From Leptogorgia sarmentosa (taxonomy: Eukaryota), in the NCBI GenBank assembly GCA_964658305.1, contig OZ210885.1, positions 11,160,001-11,224,000 of the forward strand: a stretch of 64,000 nucleotides of DNA. The letters run 5' to 3'. Numbering within the stretch: the stretch's first letter is position 1; each line of letters opens with the position of its first letter. Positions 1 through 12,717 of this stretch are shown here, piece after piece. Position numbers and translations under genes: made by a program. The notes under the pieces are model-generated. The model searched no databases and had not been told where the DNA came from. It saw only the letters and a list, made by a program, of their open reading frames with translations.

Positions 1-5
1 CTTAC

Positions 6-45
6 TTTTTGCCATGTTTTGGACAATCAGCGACAAATTTCCCAC
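6..45 (-). CDS. Probable small exon of the HEPN-like gene (VGNLSLIVQNMAK); gene continues beyond the left edge
   Basis: CAG acceptor, GTAAG donor at 5-1, phase compatible with exon 537-631. Confidence 0.4.
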
Positions 46-536
46 CTGTACTTGTGACATAAGACATAAGGTCTATTGAAATTTGATATGCAAGTTTCCT
101 AGTTTCTAAACTTTTCAGAAATTTGTAGTTCAACGTTGGAATAGCAATTTTGCAAGGAAAAATAATTGTGATCTATCAAAATTTAGTTTTATCTCTTGCC
201 TATGAGAATGGCTCAATTGTTTTGCTTAATGGGATATTTATAATATAGTATTTATCAGTAATTGATATGTAGTGTGTTTTATTCATCGGTACACGCTTCG
301 TTCTAAGTGTTCTATTGCAAACGTCTCCGCAAAAAAGTATGCACATGTTTGACTTTAATAACGTTTAACGGGTAAAGCAAAACTCATAAAAACAGCATTA
401 TCGAAAAAAAGCACATATTGCGTTCCCACGCTGAAAATTTGCACTCGCTCGCATTTCAAACATGTCATATTAATTTGAACTGCGTCTTCCTACTTATTCA
501 ACGACTGTTAAATGAAACATCAAAAGTTCCTCAAAC

Positions 537-631
537 CTTTGTGGCGTCCAAATCGTAGTTTTTGATACAACGGCAAAGTTCAGCTACACTTTCTGCAATT
601 AGTTTTGCGTCACGACCATCAACAAGAATGT
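537..631 (-). CDS. Probable next exon of the HEPN-like gene (DILVDGRDAKLIAESVAELCRCIKNYDLDATK)
   Basis: tttccag acceptor; phase 1 matches the previous donor; open for 95 nt to a GT donor (weak gtttga). Confidence 0.45.
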
Positions 632-1609
632 CTGGAAATAATGAAGAAAATTTATCTTAAGTATCACAAACACTATAAATATATCGCTGCTAATGGGCGT
701 AGCACGAAGGATACATGAAAAAGCATGCCCTGCTGTCCATACAAACTATTTGATAAGCATGGTCTGCCGTCGTTATTAGCAAATTTTATTATGCGGCCAG
801 TGTAGTAGATAGGGGATAACAACATCAGCAAGCAGCACATGTCGTACCCACTATCTAAAAATGCAAACAGGTTTGGACGTTTTGAATAAAGTAGATTTTT
901 CCATCGGGAATGGGCCAATTGCATAATAGACAATTTTTAAAAAATTCAGAGCCACAGCGTTAAAGAGCATCCCAAAGTTAGTAAAATTGTAAAATTTGGT
1001 TGAGAAATGTTGTCAAATGCGACAAAATATGACCCTGTAAAATTTTCAAATTTTGTTTAGTTTATCATCATCATCACCATCAATTTTGCGTGCGTGAAAG
1101 ACAAAAAAATTTGGCAATATTGAGTTAAACATTCGCTTTTATTCGACTTTTGAATGACTGAAGTTTTGAACACAAATTTCGAACTGGAAGTCAAGTCAAC
1201 AATTTTGATTTTATACATGATCATATATTAGTTGTACAATACTGTATACGATGTTGAATACGGTATTAAATGCATTTGTCAAGGCATTTAATTTCTGCAC
1301 TTATATGAAGGTCTAAAAATGAATCACTGTCTTCAATTAAACACTAGATTTCTTCGTAAAGCTTCAAAGTACACTATGATGCAAGGCCCCATGCGATACG
1401 ACCCCATGTAATTCCAAAGATCATATTTAGAATTGCATTGAATTGTGTTGTAGTATATGGATCAAATTGGATAATAATAATAATAAATGAATAATAAGAG
1501 AATTTTTTTCCACACATGGGGGTTTTCTTACAGGAGATCAAAAATGATCTGCGCGAAACATATTTAAAGGCATGATGAGATTCCGGCAATAATGCTAATA
1601 ATACAGTAC

Positions 1610-2220
1610 CTGTTTTATTCCAGAAATCTAGTTCATCACAAATTATTTTTTCGTCAGCTGTTGGTAAATTTAATATTTTCACCAAAGATTCCATTCCTTG
1701 AAACGAGTCATTGAACATATGTAGTGTCCATTCAGAGATGTTACAATGAGCCCATGGGTTTCTGATGTCCGACCGTATTTTCTTTGCTTCAGCTGCAGCG
1801 CCAGAAGATACAAAAGGAGCTGCCTCACCCATAATAGTCAAAAGTGCTGACATATCCATGGTCTCGTCAAATCCAGTGCAATGTGCCATAAACTCCTTGA
1901 GGAATAGTTTCGCCAGCGACAGAGAATCTTTAACAGCATAATCATAGGCGGAAGCTCGGTTATGGATACGGTTGTTGTTGATGTTCCTGTACTCCAGCCT
2001 CTGTTTGGAAGGAGGTAATTTCTTCTTGTGCTTTGTAAAATCTTGCTTTTGAATTTCATCAGGTGGTTGGCATAAAGAATGATACCATTTCCCAAGTTCA
2101 GTGGCGACAACTTTCCTCAATGCAGGTGCAAGAACTTTGGTAAAGGCAATGCCAACTAAAACCCAATGTTGTTCTTCCTCCGATATCTTTTCGCTGCTAC
2201 TCGGTAGAGAATGTGCCGAT
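1610..2220 (-). CDS. Internal coding exon of a host gene; HEPN-like domain (DZIP3/Swt1/DUF4559-type) with RxxxxH motif RNPWAH
   Basis: AG acceptor at 2222-2221 and GT donor at 1609-1608. Open frame SAHSLPSSSEKISEEEQHWVLVGIAFTKVLAPALRKVV...DMSALL...IRNPWAH...WNKT. Helical N-terminus, D.S.LL and R-N-x-x-A-H fit HEPN-type domains. Confidence 0.7.
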
Positions 2221-5200
2221 CTATCAATTTGATATAAAAAATGAGGGTTTAGAATTCTAGCAGCGAAAGCATAATTGTGTAATCAGTACAGGCGAAATTA
2301 TCCTCAGAGAGCTAGTTTTCAAGGCTTTAAAATTATCTAAAAGTGAAATTTTCTGGTGTGGATTCATTTGGTAACAACTGGCTTGGAACCTTAAAATAAT
2401 TCGGTAACCTTACATGACTACATTTATCACAAATACATTTTAACTGCTTTAGCCAGATGTTACACGGGATGATTTTCAACGACGATTCGAAATGCCAATG
2501 AAGTTGCGCGAGATTTGATTGGTTAGATTTGATTGATTTCATTGTCGTTAAAAATCGTTTTGTGTAACATCAGCTTTAGCAACACAACAATCAGACATTG
2601 TTGGCCGCAATTACTGATTCACGGCCCCCCTCTTAGCGTCGGCTATATTGTGCATACACAGAAATTCAAAAATTGTCGCCAAATTTGAACTTCTGGACGC
2701 ACTCTCCGTCGGTGTTCGTGGTAACTTATGGACTTCTTCAATAGTGAACAACAGAATATTGCTACAATCAGACAACTTTTGTTTAATGATTGTAAGGATA
2801 TCAGTCAACTACAACGTTTCGCACATCAGAAGCTGCCATTTATTGTGAAATATATATATAACGGTTTCATACCATGCCTTGCATCATAGGCATGAAATTG
2901 TAAATCCCAGTGTATGCCCGAGTGAAATGTGTAAAGAGGCCTAAATTAAGATTGATAGTTCAAACCTTTGGATTCGATTCCCCATGGTTTTTACCTCATT
3001 CTATAGTGACGCCTCCACAGAAACCTGAAACGATAATAAATGCTGGATTAACGTTGATCGAGAAGGACAGAAAAACGACTATGGCTGGAAGCACTAGACA
3101 TGTTCATTCACTTAGTGCAGGAAGTCTGGGTGGGTGGTGAAAAACAATATTATCAGGCAGGAAAAGTTCTACTTACCACCGGAGCTAAATGATACAATAA
3201 GATTCGACGTTCGGACCAAAGGCCGTTGTCTCAAACTAAAACATTTTTGCACATTTATGTAGCTATAATATCCACGGCACCATATCTTTATGGCAGATAT
3301 TCAAATAACGTTTTAACCACGTTCGCAACATACTCACACATTGTTGAAACTTGGCAACGTTATAATGACTGATTCAATGTCCTAGTCTATAGCGTCCGCC
3401 GTATTGTGTGCACAAATATTTCATCCCCCGAACACGAGCTGAATAAAACTGACACTTTAAAACGAAGAACATAAATTTTCGTGTTTTAACTTTGCTTTCT
3501 ATACAATCACATGAATAAATGTAAAGCATCTCATACTTTGAATGATGTAGTATGTGTTTTTAAAATGAAATATAGAGAGATTTAGACCTTTACGTGTGTA
3601 CGCGTAAGCCTTAATTCTGATAGGGAAAATTCCCTTGCAATGGCGACAACACAATCAGGTATAACAAATGGAATAGTGACATTTTGAGAGGAATTCTGTC
3701 CAAATTGTGACATACTGAAACAACGACCTATCAACTCGAATGTTTTAGGTGGCAATGTTGATTGTTTTTAAAAATCCGACAAGCCAGATGAGTACGACTG
3801 GACAGTGCATTTTTAAGGAATTTTCATTAGTGGGCAAAAACTGCCAAAGGGCAAATCAAAAAAGATTTTTCAAAAAATCTCAGCTTCCCCATAACAAAGC
3901 TTTGATAGAGAAATTTGCAATAAATTGCACGCTAAGCATTCAAACACAACCATGCCGCAAGTATAAAATGGGTGAAGCGCATACGCAGTTACCAAAAATT
4001 ATTTCTGAGAATTTCTGAGTGGTTGTCAAGGTACGGGTATGATTTCCTGCTACACCAATCGGCAACAAAATAATTTTTTGTTTTATGTTAGTATACTATT
4101 AGTATAGAACGATAAAAAAATATAGTTTTAAACTTCTTTTCAATGTTAAGCTCATTTTTTACTCAATACAGGTCCTAAGGCTCTGGCTTTGGGGCAACTG
4201 GCCAATTTTTTCTTCAGTGGTTGGGCAGAGGAAAGGACCAGTGGGGAAAATGCCCACCAGTCCATAGCATTAAAAAAAGCCATGCGAGTAGAAAAGATTG
4301 ACCTGTAAACATCCGGATTCGTGCTTCGCGCTTCGTTATGTTAATGGTATTTGTAAATTTACTGCCATTAAATACACTGTATTTGTTTCGTTATGTGTGT
4401 CATTCATGCCATGCCATTCTAATGCAATAATCGCTCGAAAATACGCTTCACTTTACGTAAAACATTGTTCGGCACAATTCATAATTTCCCTGAAATGAAA
4501 TGCAGCTATAAATATTTGTAAGCAAATCTTGCTTAGTAAGCCATATTCCCCTCATGAGCAATTTCTATTAGCATTAGTAATATCAGTATTGAACAATTCC
4601 GTGTTAACAGAGCGAAAACTTTTAGGTTTTAGTGGAGTTTTCAGCAAATAAATTCTGATAGGGATATAAACTCGCTTGAAATGGCAATCAATACAATCAT
4701 GTATGGCAAAATATAAACGTACAGCATGAAGATTTAGCTTCCGGCTTTGGTCCTTCGCAGTTCGTTCATTATTTCGAGCATATTATACCTATTTGTAAAC
4801 TTATTACGGTTGAATATATTTGTTCCGTCATTTGTGTCGTTCATGTCTAACGTATTTTCCTTTCAACGGGTATATTGCTTTCCTAACACACGGCATCTTC
4901 GCAGCTCTGTGACGGGAAATACTACGGGAATTTCTTTGGTTTACTAGACATTTAAATCAAACTCACCTCGTTTGTTATTCCCTGTCCCGCTCAAGTACTC
5001 CTCATGTAGTATGATTGCGATTATGTTGACAGAGAACGAAATACATGAAACTCACTGCTACAATAAAGCACAGACTGGCTAAAATATTAAAACTCTGAGT
5101 GTAATCAGAACATGGCTTGAGAAAAGGGGAAATCCCTTTCAATTTCCGGCAGATTAAAATTCAGCCTGCGAGAACTTGAGAATGCCTTGGAAAATAGTTT

Positions 5201-6262
5201 TAAAATTCCTTGAATTTTCCTTTAGTTTCTATCAATATGTCACTTCGATTTCTCTATCGTGCTACCATCAGACGTGAAAGTCAAACATATTTTATAACCA
5301 TTCTGTATACAAAGAGAAAATGACGGTAACACATCTATCTAAGGCTTAAAATGTTAAAATGTCGTTTGTGAAATTCAGGTAGAGTTATGACTTTTGCCGC
5401 CTTTATTTCACTAAATACATCACAGTTGCCCACATTTCACTAAGACCTCTGCTCTAAAATATCATCTTGGAGGCTCAAAATGAAAGTGGAGATTAATCAC
5501 AGTCTACGTAGCCAAGAGCTATGCGATACTACCCCCATTACAATCTCTAAATTTTTATCCCAACTACAGCGCGCAACTCAAACTTCACTTGATATACCAG
5601 AATATGATTCTTAATTTCTGCACATTCACTGCGGATCAGTATAGATAGTATCGTGTAAAATATAACGCGAAACCTGCTCAGCATAAGCAATTTTGCGTGC
5701 CATTCTTGATCGGTAATCCCTTCGATTTGTATGCGTGGATTATACAGTCTTCCTATATTCTTGTTAGCATATTATAACCCAGCAAAAAATAGGTACACAA
5801 AGTGTACATGTATCTGCGCCTATGTAGCTTTATGATCAAGTCTTATTTATTTTCAGCTTTTCGATACACGCATCTTATCTATCCCTAATACGCGATCTTG
5901 CATGTATAAAATGGTTTATTGCTAGGGAATAGGCGAATAGCGCAAATACTAATTCCTTTCAAGACATGAGGTTGTACGGAGACGTATTCAATACTTGATA
6001 TAAGCTTTCATAACTATCTCGCATTCCGGAATTCCTGCGATCATATATCAAATTGCAAAAGGAATTCAAACTTGACGACATATGATATCGCATTTTATGT
6101 TATTGCGTCTTTAAAATAGACACAGCGCTTTGCGATTGTTTGTGAGAAATGTGGCTCTCTAAAAACCAAATTTACCCTTTTCAATACCGTATCTGCGTAT
6201 CATAATAATATATTTATATACAATATATTCCGTCCATTCATGCGCATTTGCGTAGACGCTAA

Positions 6263-6693
6263 TGGATTGTTGAGAGACTGGACACTAGTTAGTAATAATT
6301 TAGTTAATTTATGCATGATTTAGGGATTTGATTGACACGTAATTTGACGCACGTTATGATGATTGCATTGAGAGAACTGCTGCTTAGTTTTACTGTGAAA
6401 GCGCATGCTAACCTGTGTTGTAGCTAACCAGTTTAGCTATTCTGTTTACCGTTGATGTGAAAATAGTTGTAGTCGCGAAGACCCGGCAAAGAAGTAAGTT
6501 TGTAATAATAATGTAAGATTTATATGTAGCGCACGGATAATATTTAATTTAGACCTATACTATATACCATACCATATACTTAAATAGATCGAATAAAATT
6601 GAAGATTGAGAATTGAAATCAAGAACGAGGTATCAATTAATTTATCCGATTCCGCGTCTCGCGTAATACCCGCGTTGCTACCCTGAGAATCCA
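6263..6693 (+). repeat. 5' LTR of the BEL/Pao element
   Basis: Direct repeat of 11799-12229 with three substitutions seen; TG...CA ends. Confidence 0.95.
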
Positions 6694-6740
6694 CAACATT
6701 CGATTTCTGGAAGGAATTTTACGCGTGGATAGCCGATATC

Positions 6741-7772
6741 ATGAGTGAAGAAGACGGAGCGCTGAAGGCCGCAAAGATACAGCGTCGAGCCGCAAAGGCG
6801 TCCTTGACAAGATTAGGAAAAGCTTTGACGCATCTGTGTCAAAGTGAACGACCGGCGAACGAGGTAAGCGAGTACCTTGTTAAAGTAAAAAATGCATTTG
6901 ACAACGTGGTGTTGAAACACGAGCTATACGCTAACCTGATTGTCGATGACACACTGTTTGAAAATGAAGAAGAGAGGTTAGATGAATGTCAGAACTACTT
7001 TCTGAAAATTGACATTGAAGCTAAATGCTATGTAGAACACATTTCAGCGAAGGTTACAGAAATCAGCCTTAGTGAAAACGAGCAACATTCTTCAGGAATG
7101 ATCGGAATGCATAACGTAGACAGCGAGAGTAATACGAGCCCACTAGTTGCTGAGGAAACCCAGTCAAGCGTAGGCAATGAAGCGAACAATGTAGCCGAAA
7201 GCCCTCCTGCGGAAATTTCCGGTGAATCCGTCAACACCCCAGCTGAAATCACCCCAACTAACACTGAACAGTCTCCGAGTCAAATTGCTTCCCAATATGA
7301 AATTAAGGGTGAAGCAGGCGCCGTTCAAAGCCCAAACACCTGCAGTTTCCAAATGGAAAAGCCCAAGTTACCGAAATTCTCTGGCGATGTGCGGGAATAT
7401 GCCATTTTCCGCGCAGATTTTAAGCATGCAATCGAATCAAGATACACGAAAAGAGATTCAATAACATTACTGCGGACTTGCCTGAAAGAAAAGCCACTGG
7501 AACTAATAAAGGGAATTGGTTCTGATTATGATGCAGCGTGGGAATACTTAGATTCGATATACGGAGACCCTCGATTCGTTTCAGACACCATTACCCAGGA
7601 CATAAGTAAATTTAAAGCATTAGAAGAGGGTGAAGACGCGCGTTTTTGCGACCTTGTGCACTTGGTGAGGCGGTGTTATAACACACTTAAAGAGGTTGGG
7701 ATCCAACGAACGACTCAAGATTGCAAAGGAGAATCACGTGTGCTTCAGCTGCCTGAAGAAAGCGGGTCGTGA
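6741..7772 (+). pseudogene. BEL/Pao gag (DUF1759-type), broken near 7700 by an apparent deletion and frameshift
   Basis: KPKLPKFSGDVREY...AWEYLDSIYGDP motifs; after TLKEVG the sequence jumps in another frame to ERLKIAKENHVCFSCL. Confidence 0.85.
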
Positions 7773-10605
7773 CCACCGCCAAGCAAATTGCAGTAGAAGA
7801 AAGCAATGCAACAAGTTGGAAAATGGAAATCAGTGTACCTTTAGCCACCATCCTTTACTGCACAAGTCTACCACTGCGGGTGTAACCCTGGCGTCAGTGA
7901 ACAGCCAAAAGGACGCGCTTCTACCAGTGATCTCTGCCACCATTTGCGGGCCAAAAGGATTGTACAAACGTGGTAATGTCCTTCTGGATTCTGGAGCACA
8001 GATAAGTCTGATTCGAAATGAAACCGCAGAAAGCCTCGGTCTTAAAGGGAGAGACATTTCGGTAAATATCATTAAAGTCGGAGGTGAAGAAGAAACAATT
8101 CGCACAAAGAGTTACAGAGTTCCTGTCAGTGGAATCGGAGATACAAAGAAGTACTCAATCACAGCAATTGGCATACCGTGTATCAGCGAGGACGTTAATG
8201 GAATCCACACCAGCACCATAACTGAGAAGCTTGGCCTACCAAAAGATCAAGTCAAACGCGGAAAGGGGCAAATCGATTTGCTCATCGGGATTGATCACGC
8301 GTATATGCACACTGGCCAAACCAAACAAGTAGAGCACCTCGTTGCAAGAAAATCGCCACTGGGATGGGTCATATTTGGCTCATCAGTCGGACAGTTAAAC
8401 CATGTAACTACAACCGTCTTACACGTGAAATACCCAGAAAATATTGATCTGTCAGACTTTTGGATAACTGAAACTATGGGAGTGGCAGTGAAACCGTGTA
8501 CCTGTGAGGCAGACAAGCTGAGTCAGTCCGAGAGAGAAGAAAAGCGAGTGATAGAAGAGTCGGCGAGAAAGGTTGGGAATCAGTGGATGCTTCCATACCC
8601 GTGGAAGAAAGACCCAAGAGACTTGCCGGACAACAAGAATCAAGCCCTGAAACGCCTAGAGTCAACAGAACGTAGGTTGATGAAGAATCCTATGCAAGCA
8701 ACAGCGTACAGCGATAAAATGGCAGAGATGGAAAAGATGAGTTTCTCCCGTAAACTGTCTGAACGGGAGATCAATGATTACCAGGGACCAGTCCACTACA
8801 TATCCCACCACGCTGTGTTGAGACCTGAGAGCACAAGTACGCCAGTCCGTATCGTGTTCAACTCATCCGCTACGTACCAGGGCCATAAGCTCAACGACTA
8901 CTGGAAGAAAGGTCCTGATCTTCTCAACGGGCTATTCGGAGTTATCCTTCGCTTTAGAGAGAATAAAGTCGCAGTCACCGCGGACATCTCAAAGATGTAT
9001 CATCGAGTCCTTATTCCCCTTGAAGACCAACATGTGCACCGATTCCTGTGGAGGGATTTGGAGATTGATAAACCACCGGACACGTACGTTATGAACGTCC
9101 TCACGTTTGGAGATAAACCGGCACCAGCAATGGCTCAAGTCGCGTTGCGAAAAACTGCAGAAGAAGGAGAACACGAGAATCTACGAGCAGCGCAAGCTAT
9201 AAGGGATAATTCGTACATGGATGATATCCTAGATTCATTTACAACGAACGAAGAAGCCACGGAGGTGACACAAGCAATTGACCGCATCCTCGAGAAAGGT
9301 GGATTTCAAGTAAAGGGATGGCAGTCAAACGGGAAATTGCACCAGACAAACGAACAAGAAAAGGCAAAGGAAATTGACGTGCCGCAAGGAAAACCAGATG
9401 CAAAGGTACTCGGCCTAGTTTGGAACACTAAAGATGATCTGGTGAAATACAAAGTCGAAGTGGAAATGTGCAAAACCCAGCAGCCAAAGTTCACCAAGAG
9501 AAAAATCCTCAGCCAGGTCGCCAGAATCTATGACCCTATAGGCTTCGCGGCACCTTATTTGGTAAGAGCGAAGATCGGTCTGCAAGAGTTATGGCAGAAA
9601 GGACTTGACTGGGATGATGAACTGTCCCCGAGTGACCAAACAAAATGGTCAGCGTATTTTAATGAAATGGAGCAGTTAAGCCAAACTTCAGTGGAAAGAT
9701 GTCTATGCCCAGCTGCAACCAATGAACCTCCAACCTTGTGTGTTTTCGCAGACGCTTCGCGTGAAGCCTTTGGAACGTGTGCCTACCTCAGACGCGAAGA
9801 CCCCACGGGAGCAGTCAACGTACGATTCGTAGCAGCCAAATCACGAGTTGCACCGTTAAAAGAACTGACTATTCCCCGATTAGAACTACAAGCAGCCGTG
9901 CTAGCCAGCCGATTATGTAAGACAATTGAAAGGGAAGTTCGGATCCAATTAAAGGAGAGCATCCTGTTCACTGACAGCGCCATTGTTCTGGCGTGGATTC
10001 GCAGCCAAGGAAAAAGATTGAAACCGTTTGTCTCAAGCCGTGTAGGAGAAATACAAGACAACGTCCAGCCTGTCCAGTGGAGACACATTCCTACCGAGCA
10101 TAATGTTGCAGACGATGTATCCCGAGGTTTACCAGCTGCGGAGTTATCGAGTCGATGGAAGAAGAGCCCCGAGTTTCTGCACCAACCGAAAGAAGAATGG
10201 CCTGTTGAAAACGCGAAACCCGATCCGAGAGAGGTTGAGAAGGAATGCAGAAGTACCCAAGTCGTGGGAACGGTGAAGACGAACGGAACGACACCGACGT
10301 GCCCAATCAACGCGGAAGGTTTCTCTAGTTGGAAACGACTCGTGCGAGTTACGGCATGGATCCTGCGAATAAAGGCGAAAATATTGGCAAAGAGACAGTT
10401 GAAAGACGAGAGTACACCAGAAGGAGATTGTCTGACACCGGAGGAGCTCGAAAGGAGTCGAACATTCTGGATCAAAGAAGCTCAAAAGAGTCTGAACCCA
10501 AGAGTACAAGCAAAAGAGCTGCGAACGCTTAGCCCATTCACTGATAAAGAAGGAATAATCAGAGTTGGTGGAAGAATCGATAATGCGTTGGTTTCGGATG
10601 GATGA
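7696..10605 (+). pseudogene. BEL/Pao pol: zinc knuckles, aspartic protease, reverse transcriptase, RNase H (Peptidase_A17-type)
   Basis: CFSC..H, LLDSGAQ, ADISKMY, YMDD, IYDPIG, FADAS, TIPRLEL, TDS, N.ADD.SRG motifs. Confidence 0.92.
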
Positions 10606-11768
10606 GACCCGACACCCAGCCCTTCTACCCTACAATCACCGAGTTGCTAAATTAATAATGGAAGAGTATCATCAAAAGGGTCATACAGGCGTACGTAGCA
10701 ACTACAGTGGCAAAAGCAAGAAGAAGCTACTGGATTTCTCGTGCACATGATTTAGCCAAGACCATCAAGTACAATTGTGTGACATGTCGAAAGGCGAACC
10801 CAAAAACCGAGACACAGATAATGGCGAATCTGCCACAACAGCGACTCAAACCCCATTCCCCTCCATTCCACTACACGTCGTGCGACTATTTTGGACCACT
10901 GACTGTCAAAGTTGGACGAAACAAGACCACCAAACATTACGGCGTAATCTTCACGTGCCTAAATACCCGTGCGGTCCACCTAGAAATTGCCACTGATTGT
11001 TCGGCGATGGAGTTTATCCAGACGCTGCGAAGATTCTTCTCGATACGTGGACATCCAGCCGAAATACTGAGCGACAACGGTACCCAGTTTGTGGGCGCAT
11101 TAACCGAACTGCGCCAGATGATCCAAGGAGCGGACAAAAGGGTTCTGAAGGACTACTGTGCTGAACGAGGAGTTCAGTGGAAGTTTATCACCCCAGCAGC
11201 GCCCCATCAGAACGGATGTGCGGAGGCACTAGTCAAAAGCTGCAAACTGGCCCTGAAGAAAGCAGTTGGGGAACACGTACTAACCCCTTTCGAATTGTAC
11301 ACCGTTCTACTGGAAGTGGCAAACCTGGTCAACCAAAGACCAATTGGACGAGCACCAAATGATCCCGACGACGGCTCCTACCTATGCCCCAACGATATGC
11401 TTTTGGGCCGGGCGTCTTCCCAAGTACCACAAGGCCCATTCGAAGAGACGAGAAACCCTCGGAGAAGAGTAGAGTTTATACAGAAAATCGTGGAGTCCTT
11501 TTGGAGACGGTGGACAAGAGACGTATTTCCACTACTGGTGCCACGGAGAAAGTGGAACGCGGAAAATCGAAACGTACGAGTTGAGGACGTAGTGATCGTA
11601 GCTGACGGAAACGCATTACGAGGGAAGTGGACGATAGGACGCGTAGTTGAAGTCTATCCGGGAGAAGACGGGAAGGTCAGAAACGTCAAGGTGAAAACGG
11701 CTTCAGGCGAGTATTCGAGACCGGTGACCAAGATCGCTGTGATTCAACCAGCAGAAGAAAAGAAATGA
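10600..11768 (+). pseudogene. BEL/Pao integrase plus C-terminal DUF5641-type region, separated from pol by two frameshifts
   Basis: HxxxH...CxxC, DYFGP, SDNGTQF, AEALVK, W..GRV....PG.DG.VR.V.V; 4-bp duplications near 10595 and 10690. Confidence 0.9.
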
Positions 11769-11798
11769 TAAGGAACACTTCCTTATGGGGGCGGAGGA

Positions 11799-12229
11799 TG
11801 GATTGTTGAGAGACTGGACACTAGTTAGTAATAATTTAGTTAATTTATGCATGATTTAGGGATTTGATTGACACGTAATTTGACGCACGTTATGATGATT
11901 GCATTGAGAGAACTGCTGCTTAGTTTTACTGTGAAAGCGCATGCTAACCTGTGTTGTAGCTAACCTGTTTAGCTATTCTGTTTACCGTTGATGTGAAAAT
12001 AGTTGTAATCGCGAAGACCCGGCAAAGAAGTAAGTTTGTAATAATAATGTAAGATTTATATGTAGCGCACGGATAATATTTAATTTAGACCTATACTATA
12101 TACCATACCATATACTTAAATAGATCGAATAAAATTGAAGATTGAGAATTGAAATCAAGAACGAGGTATCAATTAATTTATCCAATTCCGCGTCTCGCGT
12201 AATACCCGCGTTGCTACCCTGAGAATCCA
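11799..12229 (+). repeat. 3' LTR of the BEL/Pao element
   Basis: Direct repeat of 6263-6693, preceded by GGGGGCGGAGGA purine tract. Confidence 0.95.
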
Positions 12230-12286
12230 GCTAAAGTGTATGTATGATCGGTATGCGCAGTACGCGTAGGTTCAAAACAGAATACT

Positions 12287-12717
12287 TGGATTCTCAGGGT
12301 AGCAACGCGGGTATTACGCGAGACGCGGAATCGGATAAATTAATTGATACCTCGTTCTTGATTTCAATTCTCAATCTTCAATTTTATTCGATCTATTTAA
12401 GTATATGGTATGGTATATAGTATAAGTCTAAATTAAATATTATCCGTGCGCTACATATAAATCTTACATTATTATTACAAACTTACTTCTTTGCCGGGTC
12501 TTCGCGATTACAACTATTTTCACATCAACGGTAAACAGAATAGCTAAACAGGTTAGCTACAACACAGGTTAGCATGCGCTTTCACAGTAAAACTAAGCAG
12601 CAGTTCTCTCAATGCAATCATCATAACGTGCGTCAAATTACGTGTCAATCAAATCCCTTAATCATGCATAAATTAACTAAATTATTAATAACTAGTGTCC
12701 AGTCTCTCAACAATCCA
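12287..12717 (-). mobile_element. Solo LTR of the same BEL/Pao family, inverted; own TSD ATACT
   Basis: Reverse complement of the 431-bp LTR; ATACT at 12282-12286 and 12718-12722; empty site aacagaATACTtgaaac in HINE units 2 and 3. Confidence 0.95.

Larger units (their letters stand above)
6263..12229 (+). mobile_element. BEL/Pao LTR retrotransposon with both LTRs, coding region disrupted; 5-bp TSD GCTAA
   Basis: 431-bp LTRs at 6263-6693 and 11799-12229 (TGGATT...AATCCA); GCTAA at 6258-6262 and 12230-12234; purine tract at 11787-11798; order gag-PR-RT-RNaseH-IN. Confidence 0.96.

Noticed and set aside
4748..4757. TGGTCCTTCG as a BEL-type primer-binding site
   Set aside because: No adjacent LTR or gag; a match this short is expected by chance.
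6268..6698. Alternative LTR boundaries TGTTG...CAACA
   Set aside because: The 3' LTR, the solo LTR and both TSDs fix the ends at TGGATT...AATCCA.
7830..10509. Minus-strand ORFs within the BEL element, and similar ORFs opposite other genes (38407-38976, 55338-55844)
   Set aside because: Antisense shadows of real coding sequence.
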